Source: Mustelus asterias
Taxonomy: Eukaryota
Direction: 5' to 3'
Assembly (NCBI RefSeq): GCF_964213995.1
Contig: NC_135808.1
Span: 24,676,001-24,740,000 of the forward strand
Length of the DNA stretch: 64,000 nt
The notes beneath the pieces were generated by a model. The model was not told the origin of the DNA. It did not search any database and worked only from the letters and a program-made list of their open reading frames with translations. Shown one piece after another: positions 35,400 to 47,674 of this stretch. The position numbers and the translations under genes are program-made. Position 1 is the stretch's first letter; each line of letters opens with the position of its first letter.

Positions 35400-38200
35400 G
35401 GCTACTCTGAGAACAAGAAACTTGTCAGGTATTACAGAAGCATGAAACGAAGTTTATAATATCACGGTAATTGGGGAAAGTCTAACTTGTGTTGCCTGCC
35501 CGATGCCAAAGTTCAAGACATCTGCTGAAGTCTGGAGAGGAAATTGCAGTGGGATCCACTTACTATGGTCCAGTATGGATCAGCGACATAGACAGGATAA
35601 ATAAAGACGTTGTGCAGAGGCAAAACGGGATCCTCGGCAGCAGATTATGAAGTAAAACCTGAATGGTCATAACGTCGAGCTACGTGCAAATTAGCATAGG
35701 AAAATCGTATTTGAGGGCGGAAGGCATGGAGCAAACGGTGTGGGCGAACATAGTTCCGGTTCGGGGGCATTGGCAGAATAATTGCGGAAAGTTGCACCTT
35801 AACCATTGAAACGGTTAACACCTAACTTAGAAACAGATCATTCGGACCATCGAGCCTGCACCGACAATAATCCTACCCAGGCCTTATCCCCGGAACACCA
35901 AATATTTATCCTGCTAATCTCGCTGACGCAAAGGGGCAATTAAGAATGGCCAATTAAGCTAATCCACACAAATTCGGACTGTGCTGAGGCTAGTTTTCTT
36001 GTGAGGAGTGGAAAGTAGAGAGGTTGTACTTGACCTGGTATTCTGCGATTAAATGGAAATAATTAATCATCCAATAGTGCAGGAGCCCCGAGGTAGCAGC
36101 GACTAAATTACAATTGAATTTTGCACTCCGTTTCAGGGGTGGAGAAGTGGGTCTGCGAATTTCAACTGATCAATGGGATCAAGCCATCGAATCTGGGAAA
36201 AGATCGCCAATAAATGAACCGAGACAAGGCAAAAAAGGAAGGGATTTTTACAGGCACGGAAGAACAATCTATGACAGGAAGGGAGAGAGAGCATTAATCC
36301 CACAGTGAACCAATGGATGACACCAGTGTTTATGAAAATAATAAGATGATCATAGATTCCCTACAGTGCAGAAGAAGGTTATTTGGCCGATCGAATCTGT
36401 AACGAGCACAATTCTACCCAGCGCCTATCCCGGTAGCCGCACACATCTACCCTGCTAAGTGGAAATTCAGCATGGCCAATGAACGTGACCTGCACATCTT
36501 TGGACCGTGTGGAAACCGGAGCACCCGGAGGAAACCCACAGAGACACAGTGAGAACGTACAGACTCCACGTAGACGCTGGTCCAAGCTGGGAATCGAAAC
36601 TGGCGCTGTGAGGCAACAGTGCTAACCATTGTGCCACCATGCCACCCGGAAAAATGATAAAACAAAATGTTCTGTCTCTGAATGCACATAACATTCAGAG
36701 CGAAGCAGATGAAACTGGAAATAAACAAGTTATATTTTAGAGCTTTTATGCTGACATGGCTGCAGGAAATGTAGTTTGACCTCAATATTATTGGAGTACA
36801 AAATGTTTCTGAAGTACAAGAGCGAGGAACAGGTGGAAGGGTGGTTCGTTTAGTTAATAATGGTGTTAGAACAACAGTGTGGGATGGCTGAAGTTCAGAG
36901 AACATGGATGTTGAAACGGTTAGGATGAAGAATAGAAATGATAACTGCAGGAAGCAAGCTGTGGGATTTGTGTACAGGCCCCCTAATTGTTATCACTGGT
37001 AGGCGATAGCATAACGGCAGAAATAATTAAAGCTAATCAGAAAGGGGTGTTCTTAATCTAAATATAGATTGGAAATGTCAGAGGGACAGTGAATGTTTTT
37101 GGGATAGTTCCTTATAACAGCATGTTGTGCAGCCAACGAGAGAGCAGCCTGTACTTGACCTGGTATTCTGCGATTAAATGGAAATAATTAATAATCTAAC
37201 AGTGAAGGAACCCCTAAGTAGCAGCGACTAAATTACAATTGAACATTGCACTCCGTTTGAGGGGTGGAGAAGTGGATCTGCGACTTAAAAAAATGATAAG
37301 TGCAATTGTGAGAGCATGAGAACTGAACTGGCTAAATTGATGTGAGAAATTAGTTGAATGGATCGGCCAATAGAGATACAGTGAAAAACATTTAAGGGGA
37401 TATTACAAAATGCGCAGAACAGATACATGCCAACGAGTAAGAAAAACACGAAGGGGCGGACTCACCATCTATGGTTAAAGACGGAGATTAAATATACTAT
37501 CAAACTAAAAGAAAACGCATATAATTGTACAAATAAAGATGACTGATTAGAAGATAGGAGTGAACATAAGGATCAGCAAAGAATGACCAAATGCCGAGAA
37601 GGAGGAAAATTTAGCATATGAGGGAAAGTTAGCCACATAGCAAATGGTTTACAAGTATTAAAAAAGAAAGCTTATAACATGATGAACATTGTTTCAATAT
37701 AATGTGTGTCTGGAGAAATAAAAATGGGAAACAAGGATTTGACACATTTACTGAACAAATATGTTCCATCGGTTTGCACAAAAGGGGGACACATGTAACA
37801 TACCAGAAGAAATTATAGTTCAGAAAATAGAAGGGAGGAAGTTAAGAAAGTTACAGCCACCAGAGAGGTGGTGCTGCGAAAATTGTTGCAGAGCCAGGCT
37901 GATAAGTGCCTGTGTCCTGATGGACTTCATTCTCGGGTCTTAAATAGATGTCTCGTGAGATAATTGATGCATTGATTTTAGATTCGAAGATTGCAAATGT
38001 AATGAATAAATGAAATTTATTCAAAAAGCAAGGGAGAAAGTAAGCTTGAAACGACAGGCCTCTTCACTTAAAATCTGCCAGAAGGAAAGACGTTAACGCG
38101 AGCCATTTGGATAAGTTTAACGCAGTCAGGCAGATTCAACAAGGTCCTGTGCAAAAAAAAGTTTAACTAGCTTGTTGGAGTACTTTGTTGAAATAAAAGG
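35400..38200 (+). mobile_element. Old degenerate CR1 LINE (esterase, APE and RT remnants) with SINE insertions
   Basis: CCLPDAKV near 35490, GFVYRPP near 36965, LDLV and PDGLH motifs; 36026-36165 duplicates 37151-37283. Confidence 0.65.
36350..36647 (-). mobile_element. HE1-type SINE
   Basis: Same head and tail as other copies. Further copies at about 35830-35985(-), 38243-38465(+), 40900-41191(-), 43085-43180(-), 50040-50300(-) and 50640-50800(+). Confidence 0.85.
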
Positions 38201-39374
38201 TGCAGTGGATAAATGAGAAACAGTGTTTGCATTTACAAAATGTGCGGCACGGTAGCACAGTGATTTGCACTGCTGCCTCACAGTGCTGGGGACCCAGGTT
38301 CAATTCTGGCCACGGGTCACTGTCTGTGTGGAGTTCTCACTTTCTTCTCATGTCTGCGTGGGTTTCCTCCGGATGCTTGGTTTCTCCCACACTCCAAAGA
38401 TGTGCATGTTCGGGGGATTGACCATGCTCAATTGACCCTAGTGTCAGGGGGATTAGCAGGGTAAATGATGTAAGAAGTCATAGATTATGTCTATCCAGAA
38501 ATAAGGAAGGAGCTGATTTTTTTTTAGCCTCAGAGAAGATTTAATGCAGAAACTGAATTTATAAGGTCGACATACTGAACAGATTTTCAGTTCTTAGGGG
38601 CTCCAGAATTAGGGAACATCAATATAAGATCCTCACTGATAAATTCAACAAGATATTCAGGAGAACTGCCTCAACTCAAATAATTATGTGGCACTCACTG
38701 CAAATTGGAACAGTTCATCCATGTAGCTCAGTTTACAAAAAATAAATATTTATATTTGTGGCAAAGACTGGAAGGTTACTGTGCCCAGGTTAAATGGATG
38801 AGATGAGAGAAGGTTCGGCTGGAGCATAACAACTATCAGAAATCAATTGTCTTAAATGGGCTGTTTCGGTGCTGCAAATTCAATCGTAGAAATAACTTGA
38901 GTCATCACAGCCGCAGAATTACAGAATGGTTATGGCGCAGAAGGAGTCCATTCGGCTCATCTTGTGTGCACCAGCTCTCTAAATGAGTAGTATGACTGAG
39001 TACCATTCCCCTACATTTTCTCCATACTCTTTAACATTGTGTCCATTCAGATAATCATCTAATACCCTCTCGAGTGCTTCGATTGAAGCTACCTTCACCA
39101 TAATTCAGGCAGTGCATTTCAGACATGCACACTAGTTTTTTGAAAGCCTCATGTTGGTATTTACTGTGGTGGAACTGATCCCTTTCTAAATGAAAACCAA
39201 TATCTATGATCTTCAGTTTCATGTTTGTTTCTTTTCAAGGACTGAGCTAAGAGCAGGGATCAGTGTAGGTTAAATACATAGAAATTCTGAATCATAGATA
39301 ATTACTGGTCTGTCAAACATTAGTCGGATACAGAAGTGAGCAATGCAAGAACTACATCCAATACTAAGATTGAA

Positions 39375-40765
39375 GCAAAATACTGCAGATGCTGAAACCT
39401 GAAACAAAATCAGAAAAGGCTGCAAAATCTCAGCAGGTCTGACAGCATCTGTGGCAAGATAATAGAGCCAACGTTTCGAGTTTGGATGAACCTTCTCCGG
39501 AGCTCAAGGCAAACAAAATAGAACTAGATTTATGCTGTAAGGGTAGGTGACGGGGTGGGGGTTGCTCTCTAATTGAAGCGGACAGAATAGACAAAAATAT
39601 ATGCAAAAGGTAATAAAAGCTGAGAATGGTGCTAACATCATCCACTAGTAGATCGGGATGTGGCAGCTTTCACAATGGTTCATGTGCACCTCCTTCAACC
39701 TGATCTATTGTATTTGCTGGACACAATGCGGTCCACTCTACATTAGAGAGACCAACTGCAGGCAGTGTGGCCGCATTATAGAGAACATTTTATTGTCCAC
39801 AAGCAGGAGCCAGGCCTTCCTCTCACTTGCCATTTTAACACCTCATCCTTCTCTCATGTGCACATGTCCGTCCTTTGCCTGTGGCAATGTTTGTGTGAAG
39901 CCCTATGCAAATTGGAGGAACAGCACCTCATCTTCCGAGGAGGCACTTTACAGCCTTCCAGACTGAAGATAGAGTTGAATAAATTCAGAGAATGAACTCT
40001 TTGCTCCACCTCCACTCCATTTATTTCATTTTATTTCATATACTTTTCTCTTATGAATCCATTTTTATTACTTAATTTTTTTTATAATCAGTTTGATTTT
40101 TAATTTAATCCATCGTTTCATTTGTGTACTCTCTAATCTTCCTTTCCGTCTCCACCTACCCCTTCCCCCCAAACACACACACACAAACGCACACATCCCA
40201 CTCAGGTCATCTGCCACATACCTCAGCTTGTCCTTTGACATTTTACACCTGTGTTCTCTTTTTTTAGGTATTCAGATCGCTTAGTGGATGTTGCTAGCAC
40301 GATTCTCAGCATTTATCAAAGCTCACATTCCCTTTTGTCCTTTGTCCATGGAATCCCTATCAGTTCTGTGCCTCTCTCTCCCCTCACCATTGCACTATAC
40401 ATCTCGTCCTATTTTCTATGTCTTCAGCTCTGAAGGAACGTTATCATTCAGCTCTATTCTGTCTCAACAGATGCTGTAAGAAGTCTCACAACACCAGGTT
40501 AAAGTCCAACAGGTGTATTTGGTAGCAAATACCATAAGCTTTATATATACGATAAATACGAAAGCTTACGGTATTTGCTACCAAATAAACCTGTTGGACT
40601 TTAACCTGGTCGAAAGCTTATGGTATTTGCTACCAAATAAACCTGTTGGACTTTAACCTGGTGTTGTGAGCCTTCTTACTGTGTTCACCCCAGTCCAACG
40701 CCGGCATCTCCACATCAACAGATGCTGTCAGACTTGTTGAGATTTCCAGCATTTGTGTTTTTTTT
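39375..40765. mobile_element. Penelope-like element (family 2), inverted-terminus arrangement
   Basis: GIY-YIG remnant on + (NLIYCI..PLYIRET..HFN..LEEQHLIF..TLQP) at 39655-39995; terminus at 39375-39640 is inverted relative to about 40260-40765. Confidence 0.8.
40478..40714 (+). mobile_element. Mini Penelope-like insertion (family 1 variant) nested in the family 2 terminus
   Basis: One inverted plus two forward partial pLTRs, then the tail; TSD TCAACAGATGCTGT (40464-40477, 40715-40728). Confidence 0.88.
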
Positions 40766-41583
40766 ACGACAGTCCTTCATTCAGCACTTGTGATAGGCGG
40801 ATCGTTAAAAACAGTGACGCATTCTCAGGACTATGTTGGATGAAGTTGATTAATCAGCAGCAAAATAAATATTAAGGGTTTACTGGAAATATTGCAAATA
40901 CTAGTATTGGTGACCGACCACACCCACCCCATGCCCGTAACCCTTTGCGTTTATCGTGGCTGATCCATCGAACCTATACATCTTGGGAAACAAAGGCCAA
41001 TTTAGCATGGCCAATTCACCTAACCTGCACATCTCTGGACTGTGGGAGGAAACCAGAGCACCGAGAGGACACCCACGCCAACGTGGGTGAATGTGCAAAC
41101 TCCACACGGACAGACATCAAAGGTCGGAATTGAAAGTGGGTCCCTTGCGCTGTGAGGCAGCAATGCTAATCATTGTGCCACCGTGCCGCCCAATGTCAAT
41201 GCCAATACAATTCACATTAGAAGTTTATTACCAAACATCTTGAACCAAAAGTAAAATAAATCACTTGGCCACAGATAAGCAATAAAATACGAAGGCAAGC
41301 ACACAGATCAGGGATCAGACAAATAAAACAATGATACAAAAATACAACCAAATTGTTTCATACCAGTTAGTGACTACAGTCAGTACAATTCTACAGTGAC
41401 AGCGACTCCCGAAATCTCCCTCTGAGAGTTTCCTGCGCTGAGTCCGATTCAGTTCCACACATAACACAATTACTGATCGTGCATCTGTGCAAAATTCAGT
41501 ATATCACTGTATGAAACGCAGAGCAAGGTCCTGGACCAGCTCTGGCATATCGCCAGACTTACTCAATTGCCATACTTACTCAC

Positions 41584-41647
41584 TTGGAATGCCAATGACA
41601 GCAAGAACCATGTAGTATATTTTCCTGATACTATCAACATATTCCAT
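41584..41647 (-). CDS. GPR139-like GPCR, exon 1
   Basis: ATG GAA TAT... gives MEYVDSIRKIYYMVLAVIGIP plus A|GTGAGT donor. The phase-1 join gives GIPINLMAIVIL (TM1). There is an in-frame TAG just upstream of the ATG. Intron 6754 bp; total 321 aa. Confidence 0.88.
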
Positions 41648-42139
41648 GTTTTTCTATGTGACGTGATCTGTCCTTCAAGCAATCTTTCTGTCTCCAACTC
41701 TGGCATGGTACATTTGTGCACGTTTTAATTAATATGGATTCTCCACTGGGACCATGAAGTTGTAAAATCATTGACGTAGATTCTTTAAAAAAATCAAACA
41801 GATTGTGAGGACCAATTTAATCCCTGCTGTGACAACTATATTTGGAGCTGAGATTGAATTGGAAAACACTAAAGAATGAACAATTTTGATCACACTATTT
41901 TTAAAAAGATGGAAATGTTGATCATTATAAAACCGTCAGGTCCATCTCTAGAATACACACAGTTTCAGTGACCACTTCACACTGCTGTTTCCAATCAGCA
42001 ATTAAAATACAAAGTTGAACTGCTAATTCTGGGCTGCACCATTGAAATATTGGATATGGCTGCAGTCTTTAACTGTAACCATTCGCTTCGATTATTCCAG
42101 TGGAAGTTTTGTGTCTGTGCAGTGGGAAAATAACCCAAA

Positions 42140-42620
42140 CCCTCAAACGAATATAATCCCTCAAATTGATAAGAGTGTCGCAAACAAATACAAACCCTCA
42201 AACTGATACAATCCCTCAAACAAATACAGACATTCAAACTAATACAGTCCCTCAAACTGATTCAGGCCATCAAAGTAATACAATCCCTGAAAATGATACA
42301 GTCCCTCAAAATAATAGCCTGTCAAATTAATATATTCACTCAAACTGTTACAGTCCCTCAAACTAATGCAGCCCATCAATCTAATGAAATCCCCCAAACT
42401 AATACAATCCTTCAAACTGATAGTCTTCAACCGAAAAAAGTCCCTCAGACAAATGCTTTCCACATATTAATACAATGCTTCCAACGGATACAGTCCTTCA
42501 AACGAATACAATCCCTCAAAGTAATACAATCCTTCGAACTGATCAATGGCCGCAAACAAATACAGTCCCTCAAACTAATACTGTCCACAAACTAAGACAG
42601 TCCCTCAACCTAATACAGTG
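42140..42620. repeat. Degenerate ~18-bp minisatellite (CTAATACAGTCCCTCAAA)n
   Basis: About 25 diverged units, roughly 500 bp upstream of the GPCR start codon. Confidence 0.85.
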
Positions 42621-43689
42621 CCAACTGCGACAGTTTAAAACATTCTTGACATTCAGTGGAGTTACCATCGCTCAGTGCCTGACTATATCAAACTCCAGGG
42701 GTTGTGGAGGAGTCAGGGTTGGGGAGGAACGGGAGAGGAGAATGGCTGTCGGAGTTACCATTGATCAGAAACTGAAGTAACTCAACTGTCTAAATGTTTT
42801 GCCTGTAATAACAGATCTGATCCTGGGAATGCACTTTCAGCGTCCATAAAGCCAGTCCACCATCTGCAAGGCACAAGTCAGGAGTGTGACGGAATATTCT
42901 CCACTTGGCTGAGCTGGTGCAGCTCCAACAACACTCAAGAATCTTAACAACATCCAGAATAAAGCAACCCATCAACATCCACAGTCAACACCATTGATTC
43001 AGAGTAACAGTAATGTCTACCATTTACATGATGCCCTTCTGCAACTCACCAAGTCTTAGGCAATATCTTTCAACCATGCACAGAATAGATCAAAGCATAG
43101 AATGTGTACAGTGCAGAAGGAGGCATTCAGCCCATCAAGTCTGCACCGAATCTCTGAAACAGCACCTTAACCAGGCCTTGATTTGAACTCTGTGCATCTA
43201 TTTTTAAAGCCAAGGATTCTGCGTGCTGTTTTAACCAAAATAATAACCTGTCTGCCACATTCAGAGATTTCTGCATACGCACCTTCAGATGTTGTGCTAA
43301 TACTGTGCCATTATGAAAAAAATAAAAAAAAATATAGTTATATCATGTTTTATTGCAATGGATGTGTTTGCAATTCAAATCTGTTTTATAGGGTGCCAAT
43401 TTGTCTAAGAAGAAAATTAAATTGGTAGGTGGTGGAACACCTGTTTTCTCTACTTAAATGCAATGGATTAAGCAGATAGACTGCTGCTGCGCACAGTAAC
43501 ATTAAGAATTGCAATTCTAAGAACTTGCAGTGCGTTTGCTTGCAGAGGAACATGGAGGGAAATGCTGAAATAACATTCCATTCCTCTGATTGTTGTCAAA
43601 TCAATTCCTAAAAATGTTAATTAGCTTGTTCCAATCGTGAAGGGAGGCAGGTGGGCAGGGCAGACAGGGAGGGTGCTGGCAGCCATGCC

Positions 43690-44900
43690 AACCCTGGAGC
43701 CACATCTCCCTAATGCCAAATATATCATGCACGTTTATCTGAGCAACAAATTCTTCCATTTTGTTTCGAATGCTCCGAGCAGTCAGGTATAACACCTTAA
43801 GGTGAGAACTTTTAACATTTATTTTCCTTTTCCTACTATTTTTACTCGGTCTGTATACGACTCTGGCCCTTGATTTCTCTGCCTATCACGTTCCTTATTC
43901 GCCTTACTGTCTTTTATTCTTGTTCTTAATTCCCCTGCTCTGAATTCTTGCAAAGGTTCCCATCCCCCTGTCATATTAGTTTAAACCCTCCCTAACCACT
44001 CTACTATGTACACTTCCAAGGACATCAGTACAGGTCCTGCCGAGATTTGCACGAGTCCCACCTGCCCCAGAACTGGTCCCAACGCCCTAGGAATCTGAAA
44101 CCATCTTTTCAGCCACGTATTCATGCTATGTATCCTGCTGTTTCTACACAGGTTAGCATGCGGCACAGGTAGTAATCCTGAGATCACCACCTTTGATTCC
44201 TTTTCAGCTTGCTCCCTACATCTGTATACTCTCCTTTTAGGACCTCATTCTTTTTTAAATGTATCGTTTTTACCAATTTCTACTGCAACCACTGGTGGTT
44301 CACCCTCCACCTTCAGAATGTCCTGCAGCTGCTCCGATACATCCTTGACCCGAGCACCAGGGAGGCAACATACCTCCCTGAAGTCTCGTTTGCAGCCACA
44401 TAAACACCTATCAGTTCCCATTATAATTTAATCCCCAATACCTATTGCATTTTCACAAATTTTACTCCTCCCCTCTGCAGAACCAACAGTGGTACAACGG
44501 ATTTGGCGGTTGCTGATTTCCCCTGAAAGGCCAATCCCCTCAACATGATCCATAACATTGTCTCTGTTTTGCATGGCAATAGCCACAGGAGATTCCTGCA
44601 ATGCCTGCCTAGCTCCCTTGCTTTGCTGTGGCCACCTCTCTATATGTGCTATCAACAATACTCCCCACCTCGTAGATACTCCATAGTGTCTCCAACCGCG
44701 GCTGTATTTCCGGGATGTGTGTTTCCAGGAGTTGCAGTTGGAGACACTCCTGCACACATGCTGGCCCCGGGCACTGGAAACATGGTGCACCTCCCACATG
44801 GAGCACGAAGAGCATACACGGCTTGGAGCTCTCCTGTTATGTCTTACCCCTTTAAATTAAACTTTTGAAAGATGTTTTGTTTCAGATTATATCTAATTAT
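43690..44900 (-). mobile_element. CR1 LINE 5' portion (ORF1 zinc finger and esterase, start of APE)
   Basis: SMWE...HVCR/ECLQLQLLE, VCCLPGARV, VVISGLLPVP, LYLTARSIRNK. Confidence 0.8.
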
Positions 44901-46299
44901 CTAGGTCTCGTATTTCCTGCTCCTCGTTCCTACCGGATATCAACTTTAAAAACTATAAACCAGAAAATTACCTCCGAGACTACAAGCAATAAAATAATTA
45001 AATAAATGCCCGAACTTGCTACCTACCAATCAGCTCGTTCCTTATGCCCTCTACTACTTCAGCAGGGCAAGGCCACACCTTACTTTTCCTCTTCACCTTT
45101 TCGCTCGAGGAGGAAGGAGAGAGGGAAACACTAACGTTGTGTCTTAAGCTTAACCGCTCCTTGACACCAGTTCATCCGCTGTCCACTGTACATTCGAGGT
45201 GACCTTGCTGAGCTCTCCCTGAATGCTCATCTACTGCCTCTTTTGGATGATTTTCCTACTGTTTTTCTCTGGAAAAATCCACTGTACAGTCGAGGTGACT
45301 GCACTGACTTCTCCCAAAATGTTCCTCTGCCATTTCTGCTCGATGTTCTTCCTCCTCTTTGTCTATGGAGGGTTTCTTCTGCCGGCTACTCCCATGAGGA
45401 CATGACGCTACAGATTTTTGTTGAGCGCAATTCTGTTGCTATCGATTGACCACAGTGGCTCATGGAAGCCGAGTCCTTGTTGTTCGATCGATTCTATCGT
45501 TTTTTTTTCCAACATCGCATGTGCCACAGGAATTGATGTATCGTTTCTTCACTGTGAAGAGGGGCCTTTCTCTCCACATGAACACCGCGGTGGTCTCTTC
45601 TCCAAATCATGTCATGGATAAAGCAGCTGTGGTCGGCAGGGTGGTTGAAATGAGGTGGAATATGTTTTTTTCTTCTTAATGTGGGCAGAATTTTCCCATG
45701 TGCGCAGTGGGGTGGCTGCTGCTGCGACTCTCCAACTGACCAGAATGGTGGATTCCCACACCACATGCACCGCTTTCATTCTCATTAATTGGATCCGTTC
45801 TGACTCTCCTGGCAGGACGCCAGCTAATTCGTCCAACCGCCCTCAGCTGGCAGGTGTGAAGCTTCCGGCGCCACATTTAACGACCAGTGGAACACATCCA
45901 CCTTCCAGTCTCTCAGCCCACGTGTTTTAATCAGACCATGTAGAATGTCATCAACCCAGAGGGGTATGCAATAAGCCTGAATTAAGAAATATGTTCCTTG
46001 ATTCAAGAACCGCCCCCCCCCCCCAACCCATCATATGCTCCACTTAGACCTCAACCCTAGGTGCAGTATTGAACCAATACTGTTACGCAGGAGGATCAAT
46101 GGGTCTAACAGCACTGTGCTGTCCATGAAGACCAACTCAGCATCGAGACAGAGGCAGAAACTAATTTGTCCCGGCTGAATGGTGAACTGCTCATTCGGAC
46201 CAGTGCGGCATTACGGCAGAAAGTTTGTTGCACTGACCCCGAAGAACCATGGGGATGAAGGATCGCTTTGCACTTATTCGCTGTTTGCAGTCAACGTTA

Positions 46300-47310
46300 A
46301 CACAATGAAAGGTGATTGTGGGAATTGGAGGTCAGTCATCTCAACTATTGGGACATCACTGCTGCAGGTACACAAGAAGGTGCCTGAGACGCAATCATCT
46401 TCAGCTGCTTCATCAATGACCGTGCCCTATCCGAAAGTCATAAGTGTGGTTTTTCGCTCATTAATGCACAATATTCAGCACCGTTCGCATCTCCTCCGGT
46501 ACTGAAGTAGTAAGAACTGGATCATTACTCAGTCCTGGACTGGCAAGTAGCAAGTAACATTCCCAACACACAAGTACCAGGTAAGGACCATCCTCAAACA
46601 TAAAGGTGCGAAATATTCTCATTACATTCAATAGAATTGCCATTGCTGAATTCCCATGCTTTCAATATCCTAGGCTGGTACGACTAAACTGAAATCGAAT
46701 TGGACTTGATAGAGAAATACTGTGGCTCGAAGTGCAGATAAAAGGCTGGGAAATCCGTGGGGAGCAAGACACTTCCTAAAGCCGACATGCTGCCCACAAT
46801 CTACAAGGCAGAAGTCAGCAGGGTGATGGAATACTCAACATTTGTCTGGATATCTGCAGCTGGAACAACACTCAAAACGCTCGAAACCATCCAGGAGAAA
46901 GCAATGCGCTTCATTGTCAACACCTCACCCCCCAAAAAAGAAACATTAATACCCTTCACCACTAATAACCAATGCCAGGCGTGTATACCATCTACACCAT
47001 ACATTGGATCACCTCGTTTTTTTCTTCGACAGCACTTTGCAAACCCACATCATCTACAATCTAAGAAAAAGGGAAGAGGCCTCTTGGAAAAATACCAAAC
47101 TGGAAGTTTCTTCCCATCCGGTCACCATCCTGACTTCAAAATATGACGCTGCTCCTTCACTGTTACCCAGTCAACATCCAGGAACTCCCTCGCTAACAGG
47201 ACTGCAGTGCACCAAGAAGAGGGCCCACCACCAGCTTCTTAACGCCAATTAGGGGAGGGCAATAAATGCTGGCATTACCACCGATGTGCACAACCTTTGA
47301 CAAAAGACCC
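46300..47310 (+). mobile_element. Degenerate LINE (L2/CR1 group) RT 3' end
   Basis: IYKAEVSRVMEYS...LETIQEKA; 3' end GGGCAATAAATGCTGG is shared with about 32840. A related fragment lies at 42830-43080. Confidence 0.65.
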
Positions 47311-47346
47311 TGAATGTTTAGTCATTAAACTTAAGGCCGAGCTCTT

Positions 47347-47674
47347 TTTTTAAATACTTTTCCAATTCAATCAAATCAAATCCAATTCAGAGTCTCAACA
47401 AGTTGAGACATTTCAGATCCAGGCTGACAAGACAGGGCGAGCGACCAAATCACCCTGTCCTGGGCCTGATCTCCATGAGCCAAGTTGATTGGAGGAGCAA
47501 AGCAACACCTCCTCCAAGACTTGAGCTCATTTGCATCTTAGCCAAAAGGCCGGGATGCCGCTTTTAAAAATTGCTTCATATGAAACATATGAAGCCTCAA
47601 TGTAACCCAATGACCTCAACCAAGTGCAGCATCCAATCCATACTACACTTGATCTTCGCCAAAAGGCCGAGAAG
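47347..47674 (-). mobile_element. U2 snRNA-headed short retroposon (SINEU-like), two U2 heads
   Basis: Minus-strand 5' end CTTCTCGGCCTTTTGGCGAAGATCAAGTGTAGTAT matches vertebrate U2 nt 5-39 with one mismatch (U2 sequence recalled). Second U2 piece CGGCCTTTTGGCTAAGAT at 47552-47535; short A tail; 18-bp TSD ACTTAAGGCCGAGCTCTT (47329-47346, 47675-47692). Confidence 0.88.

Noticed and set aside
45180-46300. Cluster of short overlapping ORFs
   Set aside because: No recognisable domain; probably decayed repeat sequence, left unassigned.
47347-47674. Functional U2 snRNA gene
   Set aside because: Only 5' fragments match; it has a TSD and A tail, and no full U2 body or evident PSE.
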